A DNA stretch of 63,525 bases, the filler included. It is 4 parts of 4 records of this genome, joined end to end, with 100 filler letters (N's around TTAATTAATTAA, not from the genome) between each part and the next. Parts side by side here need not be neighbours in the genome. Positions count along the whole stretch, not along the records: positions 1 to 15,696 come from SRR20825006_424; positions 15,797 to 34,983 come from SRR20825006_425; 2 more parts are not named here. One strand, 5' to 3'. Made by a program: the position numbers and the translations under genes. Below the pieces are notes generated by a model, which saw only the letters and a list, made by a program, of their open reading frames with translations, was not told the origin of the DNA and did not search any database. Below, piece by piece: positions 8,469 to 17,589 of the stretch (position 1 is its first letter; the number at the start of each line of letters is the position of its first letter).

Positions 8469-9902
8469 ATGAGAATTGCCGTTGCAGGCTTGCACACAGA
8501 GTGCAGCACATACACCAGTGTGGAACAGACAAAAGAGAACTTTAACATCATGCTTGGCGCCGATGTGCTCAAGCATGAACTGTTCAAATTTCTGGACCAT
8601 GAAGGCGTGGACATTGCGCCCTTGTTTTACGCACGGGCAACGCCCGGCGGGCCTGTGGCGGCGAAAACTTATGATGACTTTAAAGCACAAACATTGGCCG
8701 CGCTCGACGCGGCCTTGGCTGAAGGCCCTTTAGATGGGGTCTATCTCGCCATGCATGGCGCGGTGCACGTGACCGGCATGGAAGATGCGGAAGGTGATTT
8801 TCTCGAAGCGATCCGCCAGCGGGTGGGCGACGAGGTGATCATTTCCTCAAGCTATGATTTGCATGGCAATGTGACCCAGAAAGTGATCAATCAACTCGAC
8901 ATTTTCACTGCATTCCGCCACGCGCCACATATCGATACCTATGAGACCTTCGAACGTGCATTCCTTTATTTGGTCGACGCGTTGAAAACGGGCAAACGCC
9001 CTAAAGTCTGCTGGGCACCAATCCCCGTTTTGTTGCCGGGCGAAAAGACCAGCACCGTTGATGAGCCAGCGAAATCGCTCTACGCCCAATTGTGGGACAT
9101 CGATAAGCGTAAAGGCGTTTTGGATGCTTCCTTGATGGTTGGCTATGTGTGGGCTGATGTGGCCCGCGGCACTGCCGCAGCCGTTGTTTGTGGCTATGAC
9201 GATGCGGCAATCAAAAAAGCGGCGGAAGACATCGCCCAATCCTATTTCGATGCGCGGGAAGACTTTGCCTTTGGTGTGCCAGCGGCCCCGTTGGCAGAAA
9301 CATTGGACGCGGCATCAAAAATTGAAACTGGCCCGATTGTGATTTGCGACAGCGGTGACAATCCCGGTGGCGGTGGCGTAGGCGACCGTGTGGACGTGTT
9401 GAAAGAAGCCATCTCTCGCGAGCTGAAAGATTTGCTGGTGATTGGCATTTGCGCGCCAAAAGCGGTCGCCAAAGCCTTTGAAGCGGATTTGGACGCGAAA
9501 GTGAATATGAGCATTGGTGCCGAACTGGACACGCTAAACTCTCCAACCATTGAGGGTGACGCCACAATTTTGCGGCGGGCAGAACTGGCCAATGGCCAGC
9601 GATTGGCGCTGGTGGAAATTGGTGGCGTGCGCGCCGTGTTGAACGAAAAACGGCAAACATTTCATGAGCCATCTGACGTGGCGGCGCTTGGTTTGGACGT
9701 GGCAGAAGAAAAGATGATCGCCATCAAATGCGGTTATATTTCTGCCGATATGTCAAAAATCGCCAACCCAAATCTGATGGCTTTGACTGATGGCGCGGTG
9801 AACCAAGACATTGAACGTTTGGTCAATAAACATCGCCAAAGCCCCACATTTCCGTTCCAGAAAGACTTTTCATATACGCCCAAAGCCATTATGTCAGAGT
9901 AA
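8469..9902 (+). CDS. M81 family (MlrC-like) metallo-amidohydrolase, paralog 2
   Basis: MRIAVAGLHTECST, MHGA...DAEGD, YDLHGN, APHID, DSGDNPGGGG. Confidence 0.9.
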   Translation: MRIAVAGLHTECSTYTSVEQTKENFNIMLGADVLKHELFKFLDHEGVDIAPLFYARATPGGPVAAKTYDDFKAQTLAALDAALAEGPLDGVYLAMHGAVHVTGMEDAEGDFLEAIRQRVGDEVIISSSYDLHGNVTQKVINQLDIFTAFRHAPHIDTYETFERAFLYLVDALKTGKRPKVCWAPIPVLLPGEKTSTVDEPAKSLYAQLWDIDKRKGVLDASLMVGYVWADVARGTAAAVVCGYDDAAIKKAAEDIAQSYFDAREDFAFGVPAAPLAETLDAASKIETGPIVICDSGDNPGGGGVGDRVDVLKEAISRELKDLLVIGICAPKAVAKAFEADLDAKVNMSIGAELDTLNSPTIEGDATILRRAELANGQRLALVEIGGVRAVLNEKRQTFHEPSDVAALGLDVAEEKMIAIKCGYISADMSKIANPNLMALTDGAVNQDIERLVNKHRQSPTFPFQKDFSYTPKAIMSE

Positions 9903-9955
9903 ATTGATCTGATCGTAACGCACCATCGTTTCCCGATGGTGGGAGAATAGGCACA

Positions 9956-11449
9956 ATGGAAAAGTTTGATTTAGCGATTATCGGCGGTGGCGTGAACGGT
10001 TGCGGCATCGCCCGCGATGCGGCGGGGCGCGGAATCAAAACCTATCTGTGCGAAATGGACGATTTTGGCGGCGGCACATCGTCCGCCTCCACAAAATTGA
10101 TCCATGGTGGTTTGCGCTATCTCGAACATTTCGAATTTGCGTTGGTGCGCGAAGCGCTGACCGAGCGCGAACGCCTCTGGTCCATCGCGCCACATATCAT
10201 TTGGCCCCTGCGGCTGATTTTGCCTCACCGTAAAGGCTTGCGGCCCAAATGGATGCTGCGCGCCGGGCTTTTCCTTTATGACTATATCGGTGGCCGTAAA
10301 CGGCTGCCAACGGCGCGAACGGTGAATTTGAGCACCGACCAAACAGGCGCTGTGTTGAAAGATGATTATTCAACCGCGTTCGAATTTTCAGACTGCTGGG
10401 TGCAGGACAATCGGTTGGTTGTGCTCAACGCGATTGATGCACAACGGCGCGGCGCCACGGTTGAGAAATATCAAAAAGCGGTGGATGCAAAGCGCGTTGA
10501 GGGCGGCTGGGAAGTTACCTTGGAAAATGTGCAAACTGGCAGCCAAAAAGTGATTTTTGCGAAAGCATTGGTGAATGCGGCAGGGCCATGGGTGGAGCAA
10601 GTGTTCCGCTCTGTCACCCACCAGAACACTCAGGCAAAAGTGCGCATGGTAAAAGGCTCCCACATCATTGTGAAAAAGCTGTTTGATCACGACAAAGCCT
10701 ATTTCTTCCAGAATCCAGATGGCCGTATTTTCTTCGCCATTCCATATGAGATGGATTACACGCTGATCGGCACCACTGACCAAGACTTTGAAGGTGATCC
10801 GCGCGGCATCCAAATTTCGCCAGAAGAAACGACCTATCTGTGCGAAGCTGTTTCAGCCTATTTCAAAAAGCCCGTGACACCAGAAGATGTGGTGTGGAGC
10901 TATGCCGGCGTACGCCCGCTTTATGATGATGGCGCGTCCAACGCTTCTGAAACCACCCGCGACTATGTGCTGAAACTGCGCGGGGAAGGTGAGGCAGCGC
11001 CGATCCTCTCCATCTTTGGCGGTAAGATCACCACCTATCGCCATTTGGCAGAGGACGTGATTGAAAAACTCGCAGCCCGTTTCCCAGAATGGCATCAAAA
11101 TGCCGGCTGGACGGGCAAAGAGCCACTGCCCGGTGGTGCGTTCGGCATTGATGCAATTGAAGCGACGGCGGAGAAACTGGCGCAAACCTATCCATTTTTG
11201 AGCGCGCGGCATATTGAACGCTTTATGCGCCATTATGGCGATGCGAGCTTTGATGTGTTAGGCGATGCTAAAAGCAATGAAGATCTTGGGCAATGGTTTG
11301 GCCCCGATCTGAGCGAAAAAGAAGTCCGCTATTTACAGCAGCACGAATGGGCGGATAAGCTGGACGATATCATCTGGCGGCGCACAAAGGCGGGCTTGTC
11401 CATGAACGAAACGGACAAAGCGGCTTTGGAGGCGTTTCTCGCAAAATAG
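9956..11449 (+). CDS. glpD: FAD-dependent glycerol-3-phosphate dehydrogenase
   Basis: IGGGVNGCGIARDAAGRG, GTSSASTKLIHGGLRYLE, GVRPL, GGKITTYR. Confidence 0.88.
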   Translation: MEKFDLAIIGGGVNGCGIARDAAGRGIKTYLCEMDDFGGGTSSASTKLIHGGLRYLEHFEFALVREALTERERLWSIAPHIIWPLRLILPHRKGLRPKWMLRAGLFLYDYIGGRKRLPTARTVNLSTDQTGAVLKDDYSTAFEFSDCWVQDNRLVVLNAIDAQRRGATVEKYQKAVDAKRVEGGWEVTLENVQTGSQKVIFAKALVNAAGPWVEQVFRSVTHQNTQAKVRMVKGSHIIVKKLFDHDKAYFFQNPDGRIFFAIPYEMDYTLIGTTDQDFEGDPRGIQISPEETTYLCEAVSAYFKKPVTPEDVVWSYAGVRPLYDDGASNASETTRDYVLKLRGEGEAAPILSIFGGKITTYRHLAEDVIEKLAARFPEWHQNAGWTGKEPLPGGAFGIDAIEATAEKLAQTYPFLSARHIERFMRHYGDASFDVLGDAKSNEDLGQWFGPDLSEKEVRYLQQHEWADKLDDIIWRRTKAGLSMNETDKAALEAFLAK

Positions 11450-11479
11450 CGCCGCGCCTCATCTGACGCGGATTGCTTT

Positions 11480-12412
11480 ATGCTCTTTATCTTTAATGTC
11501 ATCGCCCCGGTATTTTGCCTTGTGGGTTTGGGCTACTTCGCCACCTGGTTTAAGGCGTTTCCACAAGATGGCATTAAAGGTCTCATCGCCTTCACCAACA
11601 ATTTCGCCGCGCCGTTCCTGCTGTTCCGCGCCATGCTGACGATTGATTTTTCCTCAGCGCTTAATCCCAACCTGATTCTGCCCTTTTACATCGCAGCGCT
11701 AACGGGCTTTGTGGTGGGCATCATCTTGGCGCGCACACAATTTGGCGCGCGGCCCGGCGTGTCCGTGGCGATCGGCTTTTCCGCGCTGTTCACCAACACA
11801 GTTTTGCTGGGCATTCCCATCATTCAGCGTGCCTATGGCGATGAAGCGCTGCCAACGATCTATATGATCATCGGCTTCCATGCGCCCACTTTGATGAGCG
11901 TGGGCATGTTGACCATGGAAATGTCGCGCCGGGATGGCCGACCTATCAGCCATGCACTGCGCGACGCGCTAAAACGCATCGCCACCAACCCGCTTTTGAT
12001 CGGCATCGCTTCCGGCGTGGCGCTCAATCTTTCTGGATTGAAGTTGCCTTTATTTCTCGACGACGCAACAAAATTATTGGTCAGCGCGGTGCTGCCAACG
12101 GCCCTGTTTGGCCTTGGCGCAGCGTTGACGCAATATCGACTTTCAGCAAGCTGGGGTCCAGCTTTGGCCATGGCGCTGATCAAAAATATACTGCATCCGG
12201 CGTTGGCATATTTGATGCTGGTGCCGCTGTTGGGTGTACCGTTGGAGATTGCACGGATTGTGGTGCTGCTGGCGGCAATGCCCACTGGCATCAACGCCTA
12301 TATCTTTTCCACCTACTTTAATCGCGGCACAGACGTGGCCGCCACAACAGTTTTGATCGGCACGCTGTTAAGTGTCTTCACCATTTCATTCTGGCTATGG
12401 GTGCTCTCATGA
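11480..12412 (+). CDS. AEC (auxin efflux carrier) family transporter
   Basis: About 10 hydrophobic segments; FTNTVLLGIPI, NPLLIG, AAMPTGINAY motifs. Confidence 0.88.
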   Translation: MLFIFNVIAPVFCLVGLGYFATWFKAFPQDGIKGLIAFTNNFAAPFLLFRAMLTIDFSSALNPNLILPFYIAALTGFVVGIILARTQFGARPGVSVAIGFSALFTNTVLLGIPIIQRAYGDEALPTIYMIIGFHAPTLMSVGMLTMEMSRRDGRPISHALRDALKRIATNPLLIGIASGVALNLSGLKLPLFLDDATKLLVSAVLPTALFGLGAALTQYRLSASWGPALAMALIKNILHPALAYLMLVPLLGVPLEIARIVVLLAAMPTGINAYIFSTYFNRGTDVAATTVLIGTLLSVFTISFWLWVLS

Positions 12413-13335
12413 AAAATATTCTGATCGCTGGCGGGTTGCCGCAAGATTGCCTGCAATTGATGGACCAGCATTTCAACTTGTTCCGCATGGACCAAGCGGA
12501 CGATAAAGATGCGTTTTTGGCCAAACATGCGACTGAAATTGACGGGGTAAGTGGCGGTGCTATCAGTGCGGAATTGATGGATAAACTGCCGAACCTGAAG
12601 ATTATCGCCAATTTCGGCGTGGGCTACGATAATATCGAGGTTGCCGCCGCCAAGGCGCGCAATATCATTGTCACCAACACGCCAAACCGATTGAACGCTG
12701 CAGTGGCGGAACTCACGCTCGGTTTGATGATCGCCTTGGCCCGCCGCATCCCCAAAAATCACGAAATGGTGCGCAATGGCCATTGGCCAAGCGTGAAGCG
12801 TGCACCATTGACCGGGCAGCTGGCCGGGGCAAAATTGGGCATTTTAGGGTTAGGCCGGATTGGTAAAGCCATCGCCAAACGCGCCGAAGCTTGCGACATG
12901 GATATTAGTTATTTTGGCCGTACGGACCAACATAATCTCTACCGATATTTTGACGATCTCACCCAAATGGCCAGCCATGTGGATTGGCTGGTGATCATCG
13001 CCCCCGGCGGCGCGGAAACGGACAAACTGGTCAATGCTGATGTGATCGATGCATTGGGGCCTGAAGGTTTTCTCGTCAATATAGCCAGGGGCAGCATTGT
13101 TGATGAAGCAGCGCTGATCTCAGCGCTTGAACAAGGCAAACTGGGCGGCGCGGCATTGGACGTTTTTGAAAACGAACCACATGTGCCAGACACCTTGCGC
13201 AACCTGCCAAACGTTGTGCTCTCCCCCCACGCAGGCAGCGCCACCCACGTGACGCGCCAGCAAATGGGCGCACAAGTGGTGGACAATCTGATTGCCTATT
13301 TTGATACGGGGCAGCCGCTCGATCCCGTGACATGA
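12409..13335 (+). CDS. D-2-hydroxyacid dehydrogenase (GhrB-like)
   Basis: FGVGYD, GILGLGRIG, VNIARGSIVDE, LDVFENEP, SPHAGSAT; ATGA overlap with the AEC gene. Confidence 0.92.
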   Translation: MKNILIAGGLPQDCLQLMDQHFNLFRMDQADDKDAFLAKHATEIDGVSGGAISAELMDKLPNLKIIANFGVGYDNIEVAAAKARNIIVTNTPNRLNAAVAELTLGLMIALARRIPKNHEMVRNGHWPSVKRAPLTGQLAGAKLGILGLGRIGKAIAKRAEACDMDISYFGRTDQHNLYRYFDDLTQMASHVDWLVIIAPGGAETDKLVNADVIDALGPEGFLVNIARGSIVDEAALISALEQGKLGGAALDVFENEPHVPDTLRNLPNVVLSPHAGSATHVTRQQMGAQVVDNLIAYFDTGQPLDPVT

Positions 13336-13829
13336 AAATCCATGTCACCGGCAATTCAGGAGCGGGCAAAACCACATTCGCAAAAGAGCTAGGCAACGCG
13401 ATCAGTTTGCCGGTGTTTGGACTGGACAAAGTGGTTTGGCAGGCGGGTTGGCAAAAAACACCGCCTGATCAACGCACTCGATTGGAAAGAGAGCTGATTG
13501 AGCGGCCTGACTGGATCATTGAGGGCGTTTCCGCACAAGTGCGACAGGCAGCGGACATCATTGTATTTCTCGATGTGTCTCGCCCCGTTGCATATGCTCG
13601 CGCGTTAAAGCGCAACCTGCCTTATCTATTTAAAAGCCGTCCGGAACTGCCCCAAGATTGTCCTGAATACAAACTGGCATTGCAACATCTCAGGCTGGTT
13701 TGGAACTTTAAGCGCCAAACCCGCCCCAACATTATGCGCGATATGCATCTCCATCCTGAGAAATTTCTGGTGGTGAAAACCAAGGCGGACCGGGCCGCCG
13801 CGATAAGCAAACTCCGACTTCAAAAATAA
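13332..13829 (+). CDS. Adenylate-kinase-like P-loop protein (FlaR/topology-modulation family)
   Basis: GNSGAGKTT P-loop, LDKVVWQAGW, WIIEG, ADIIVFLD. Confidence 0.8.
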   Translation: MKIHVTGNSGAGKTTFAKELGNAISLPVFGLDKVVWQAGWQKTPPDQRTRLERELIERPDWIIEGVSAQVRQAADIIVFLDVSRPVAYARALKRNLPYLFKSRPELPQDCPEYKLALQHLRLVWNFKRQTRPNIMRDMHLHPEKFLVVKTKADRAAAISKLRLQK

Positions 13830-13830
13830 T

Positions 13831-13887
13831 TTGACAATTCATAACTGTGTAGTTATGAATTAAAACATAACTGGAGAGTTATGAATT
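13831..13887 (+). promoter_or_regulatory. Sigma70 -35 box plus two tandem palindromic ArsR operators
   Basis: TTGACA 13831-13836; AATTCATAACT-gtgt-AGTTATGAATT 13836-13861; CATAACT-ggag-AGTTATG 13866-13883. Confidence 0.8.
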
Positions 13888-14220
13888 ATGACCCAAACCC
13901 AACCAAATCATGATGTGCTGTTCAAAACATTGGCAGACCCAACTCGTCGCGCGATTTTTGAGCAATTGTGCCAAAAGGGCGATCAGACGGTGGTGGACCT
14001 CACCAAGCGAGCAGGGGTGTCACAGCCAGCTGTGTCGAAACATCTCGGCGTGTTGAAACAGGCCGGGCTGGTGGAGGGGCGTGTGGATGGGCGGCAAACC
14101 CATTATACGCCCAAGCTGGAAGCGCTGTCGCCGCTTGCCGACTGGACGCAGCAAATGACCCAATTCTGGCAGAGCCGCTTTGATGATTTGGATGCGTTGC
14201 TAACAAGGATGGATCAATGA
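13888..14220 (+). CDS. ArsR/SmtB family transcriptional regulator
   Basis: FKTLADPTRRAI, VSQPAVSKHLGVLKQAGLV. Confidence 0.93.
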   Translation: MTQTQPNHDVLFKTLADPTRRAIFEQLCQKGDQTVVDLTKRAGVSQPAVSKHLGVLKQAGLVEGRVDGRQTHYTPKLEALSPLADWTQQMTQFWQSRFDDLDALLTRMDQ

Positions 14221-14630
14221 GTGATGTGCGTACCGTTGTGGTGGAGCGAGAAATGGCCCATGCGCCGGAGAAAATTTGGCGGGCACTGACCCAGCCTCAT
14301 CTCATTCAGGAATGGCTGATGCAGTCTGACTTCGCGCCAGATCTTGGCCACAAATTCCAGTTTAAGGCCGAGTGGGGCGCGGTGGACTGCAAAGTGCTGG
14401 AAGTGGAGCCAAAAAAGCGACTTGCTTATAGCTGGGAAGCTTATGGGCTGGAAAGCGTGGTGACATGGACGTTGGAGCCAACAGCAAACGGCACGCTTTT
14501 GCGCATGGAGCAAGAAGGCTTCAAGCCAGATCAAAACCAAGCCTTTCACGGAGCGCGCCACGGTTGGCAAAACTTCTTCAATCAATTGGAAAACGTGTTG
14601 TCACAGCCAAAGCAGGAGGAGGCTCAATGA
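14217..14630 (+). CDS. SRPBCC/AHSA1 domain protein
   Basis: APEKIWRALTQP...EWL, RLAYSW, GTLLRMEQ, GW..FFNQL; ATGA-coupled to ArsR. Confidence 0.9.
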   Translation: MSDVRTVVVEREMAHAPEKIWRALTQPHLIQEWLMQSDFAPDLGHKFQFKAEWGAVDCKVLEVEPKKRLAYSWEAYGLESVVTWTLEPTANGTLLRMEQEGFKPDQNQAFHGARHGWQNFFNQLENVLSQPKQEEAQ

Positions 14631-14848
14631 AACTGAACCGCTTTATTCGAACATCTCATCGCTGGATTTCACTGGCATTCACCCTAATTGTCGGGGGAAT
14701 ATTTCTCACCCTCGGCTTAGGGCAAGAACCAGCACAATGGGTCTATTATCTGCCTCTATTACCTTTAGCTCTGTTGCTGATCAGCGGATTATATCTGTTC
14801 GCTTTGCCCTATTTTTCAAAAGGGCGCACCACCGCACCGGCAAAATAA
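14627..14848 (+). CDS. Small two-TM membrane protein
   Basis: GGAGG RBS and ATGA overlap; MKLNRFIRTSHRWISLAFT...LISGLYLF (PepSY-TM-like). Confidence 0.75.
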   Translation: MKLNRFIRTSHRWISLAFTLIVGGIFLTLGLGQEPAQWVYYLPLLPLALLLISGLYLFALPYFSKGRTTAPAK

Positions 14849-14878
14849 AAAAGCCCCGCAATTGCGGGGCTTTCTTTT
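14847..14878. terminator. Bidirectional intrinsic terminator
   Basis: AAAAAAGCCCCGC-AATT-GCGGGGCTTTCTTTT between convergent genes. Confidence 0.85.
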
Positions 14879-15696
14879 AGCTGTTTGGCATTGCCGTTTC
14901 CACCAGCTGCGCCCAATAGGAGCAGCCATAGGGAATGACATCATCATTAAAATCATATTGGTCTTGGTGCAGACCGGCCGTGTCGCCATTGCCAACAAAG
15001 ATAAAGGCACCCGGGCGCGCATTGGACATGAAAGAGAAATCTTCTCCGCCAAGGCTCGGCTCAGTGTTCGCGTCGACGCGATCTTCGCCCACCAAATTCT
15101 GCGCGACATTCACAGCAAATGTTGTTTGGTCTGGCGCGTTCATGGTGACGGGGTAACCATCATTATACTCCACGTCTGCTTTGGCGCCAAATCCTGCCGC
15201 CACAGTTTCAGCAATGGAAATCAGACGAGACTTCACCTGCAGACGCACATCTGGATCAAGCGCGCGCACGGTGCCTGAAATTTCAACATGCATCGGGATG
15301 ATGTTATGGGCCGAACCGCCTTTAATGATGGTGGTAGACACCACGGCAGATTGAACCGGGTCCACATTGCGGGCCACAATGCTTTGCAGCGCCAAAACAA
15401 TGTGCGATGCAACCACAATCGGGTCGATTGATTTGTGCGGCATGGCGGCGTGGGAATCGACGCCAGTGACCTTGATGTTCCACATATCTGCAGCAGCCAT
15501 AATGCCGCCTTCACGGATGGCAAATTCGCCCACTGGAATGCCGGGGAAATTATGCATGCCGAACACTTCTTGAATGCCGAAACGGTCCATCATGCCATCA
15601 TCAACCATGGCCTTGCCGCCTGCGCCGCCTTCTTCCGCAGGCTGGAAGATCACAGCTACTGTGCCGTCAAAATTGCGGGTTTCGGCCAAATATTTT
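14877..15696 (-). CDS. M20D amidohydrolase (hippurate hydrolase family), 5' partial
   Basis: FQPAEEG, GMHNFPG, SHAAMPH, GGEDFS, LHQDQYDFND; runs into the contig end. Confidence 0.92.
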
Positions 15697-15796
15697 NNNN
15701 NNNNNNNNNNNNNNNNNNNNNNNNNNNNNNNNNNNNNNNNTTAATTAATTAANNNNNNNNNNNNNNNNNNNNNNNNNNNNNNNNNNNNNNNNNNNN
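15697..15796. other. Artificial contig-join spacer
   Basis: 44 N + TTAATTAATTAA (stops in all frames) + 44 N. Confidence 0.98.
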
Positions 15797-15945
15797 TGTA
15801 GGAGTTCCCTTCCAGGGGACGAACCTAGCGCAGCGAGGCGACAAGCTTTCAGACTCTATTTTGGGTAGGCGGTCTTGATGGGGCAGAAAAGACAGAGCGA
15901 ACTGCAGACGATGTGCGGTTCGTCCCCTGGAAGGGAACTCCTGCA
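15797..15945. repeat. GTAG-type REP doublet (REPIN-like), family A
   Basis: TGTAGGAGTTCCCTTCCAGGGGACGAACC (15797-15825) and its inverted copy at 15917-15945 (1 mismatch). Confidence 0.8.
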
Positions 15946-15987
15946 ACGGCTCCGTAGCGACCTCCAGGGAGCCACGCAAGCGCGTCG

Positions 15988-16671
15988 CTACATCCTGTAG
16001 CCAAAGCTCAACATGTACTGGGTACCATCGTAGGGAAAATCCGCAACGGCATCGTTGAAATCCATCTCTACGGTCTGCTCGCGCACCACAAGCCCGAACT
16101 CCGCGTTGCCGCCCACGGAAAAAATCAGCCCCAGCGAGGCGTAAGCCCCATAGCCAAAACTGAAATCCCGGTCATCCCCGTTCACCACCACCGCCGTACT
16201 CAGCGGCTGGGGATAAGGCTTTTCCTGCTCCTGCTTCAGTGAGCCCATCAACAACATGGGGCCACCGGAGACAAACAACCGCGCGCGATCACTGAAATTG
16301 ATATCCCCGTAGCCACCCAGCAGGGTGCCGAACAGGAACATCTCGTTCTCCACCTTGACGTTCACGGTGGCGCCGCCATTCACCACCCCCGAATAACTCA
16401 CTGAATCGTTCTGCCAGCTGACCAGCGCACCGCCTTCATAGCCGTAACGAAAGCGATCGCCGCCCCCCAGAATTTTCTGCACCCCGCCGGTGAAGAACGG
16501 CAAATCATCGTAATCCCCGTCCAGCGTGGAGCCATTGGCGGTCACCGTGGTGTCTTCATCGCTCAGCTGCAGCTTGCCCGCCTGCAGAAACATATATTGA
16601 GCATCCTGGGCCCAGGCCGGCGCCGCCAGCAGCCCACCCACCAGGCTGATAATCCGCAACCCTTGTCTCAC
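15988..16671 (-). CDS. Exported outer-membrane beta-barrel protein
   Basis: Likely GTG start at 16671 with GGAAG RBS; signal peptide ending AWA; amphipathic strands; C-terminal YMLSFGYRM. Confidence 0.7.
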   Translation of the reverse strand: MRQGLRIISLVGGLLAAPAWAQDAQYMFLQAGKLQLSDEDTTVTANGSTLDGDYDDLPFFTGGVQKILGGGDRFRYGYEGGALVSWQNDSVSYSGVVNGGATVNVKVENEMFLFGTLLGGYGDINFSDRARLFVSGGPMLLMGSLKQEQEKPYPQPLSTAVVVNGDDRDFSFGYGAYASLGLIFSVGGNAEFGLVVREQTVEMDFNDAVADFPYDGTQYMLSFGYRM

Positions 16672-16831
16672 CGGTCTTCCCCTTCTGCAGCACCTTGAGA
16701 GCACCAGCATAGTGCAGATTTTCCACCAAGAACATGAACCGGTTACCGCCGCATTCAGAGTCCGGTAAAGTAGCAGTAACGGAGAATACCCGGCCCCACG
16801 GAGGGAACCGGAAACCCATAAAGGAACGACC

Positions 16832-17164
16832 ATGCGGACCCTGCTGCTTCCCCTTATTACAGCCTTGATTGCCGCCGCTGCCCTGCTCGGTGGCTGCCAG
16901 AACAATCAGGAACCTGGCACCGCCACACTCCCGGATGCCTGCTCCCAGCCGCCGGAATCCGGCATGTGCAAAGCTGCATTCCAGCGCTATTACTACGATG
17001 CCGACACCGGCAGCTGTCAGGCCTTTATCTGGGGCGGCTGCAAGGGTAGCGTGCCGTTTGAAACCATGGAGGCTTGCACCCAGGCCTGTAATGCCACCGG
17101 CAGTCCGGCTCCCGCCAAGGGTGCCCCCGTCAGCACATCCGCCACCAAAGAGGCCCAGCAATGA
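16832..17164 (+). CDS. BPTI/Kunitz-domain lipoprotein
   Basis: Lipobox LGGC; CSQPPESGMCKAAFQRYYYD...CQAFIWGGC...FETMEACTQAC has all six Kunitz cysteines. Confidence 0.9.
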   Translation: MRTLLLPLITALIAAAALLGGCQNNQEPGTATLPDACSQPPESGMCKAAFQRYYYDADTGSCQAFIWGGCKGSVPFETMEACTQACNATGSPAPAKGAPVSTSATKEAQQ

Positions 17165-17499
17165 GTAACACCAGCACCGCCAGCCTGGCACGTGTCGTCT
17201 ACGTACTGCACCTGGTCGGCCTGATCACCGGCGGGCTCACGGCCATCGTCGGCGTCATCATCGCCCACCTTCATGCCGGCGAAGCCTCGCCACCGCTGCG
17301 CGAACACTTTCGTTTCCAGTACCGCACCTTCTGGATTGGCTTGCTGTACTGGTTCATCGCCGGCATCACCACCCTGGCCCTGATTGGCTGGCTGCTGATG
17401 GTGGTGATCACCATCTGGTGGATCGTACGCTGTGCCCGGGGCCTGAGCGCCCTGAACCGCAACCAGCCCCCCGGCAAGATCGACACCTGGGGCTTTTGA
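17161..17499 (+). CDS. DUF4870-like membrane protein
   Basis: VYVLH...IVGVIIAH...HFRFQYRTFWIG...WWIVRCARG; ATGA overlap with the Kunitz gene. Confidence 0.8.
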   Translation: MSNTSTASLARVVYVLHLVGLITGGLTAIVGVIIAHLHAGEASPPLREHFRFQYRTFWIGLLYWFIAGITTLALIGWLLMVVITIWWIVRCARGLSALNRNQPPGKIDTWGF

Positions 17500-17589
17500 T
17501 AGCACTCCGGACCATCTGTCACATAAATGACACAGATGCCGGCCAGACTGGCCGGCTCGCGCCCCTCAACCCGCTCCCAAGGAGAAGTC

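Noticed and set aside
2262-9902. Microcystin degradation (mlr) cluster suggested by the MlrC-like genes
   Set aside because: No mlrA (CAAX protease-like), mlrB (serine hydrolase) or mlrD (peptide transporter); the neighbours are sugar-related
9956-11449. GlpD homolog as EryB-type tetritol-phosphate dehydrogenase tied to the upstream cluster
   Set aside because: The SSASTKLIHGG motif fits GlpD better than the SSRSGKLVHGG I recall for EryB, and no kinase or ery genes are adjacent; the link is unsupported
15741-15752. TTAATTAATTAA palindrome (also 35028-35039 and 55813-55824) and ORFs crossing the N runs
   Set aside because: Synthetic six-frame-stop linker, not biological
16672-16905. N-terminal extensions in the ORF track (also for lepB, acyl-CoA dehydrogenase, HAD, mutL and gcvT)
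   Set aside because: They overlap neighbouring genes or promoters; downstream starts with an RBS or matching family N-termini are more plausible
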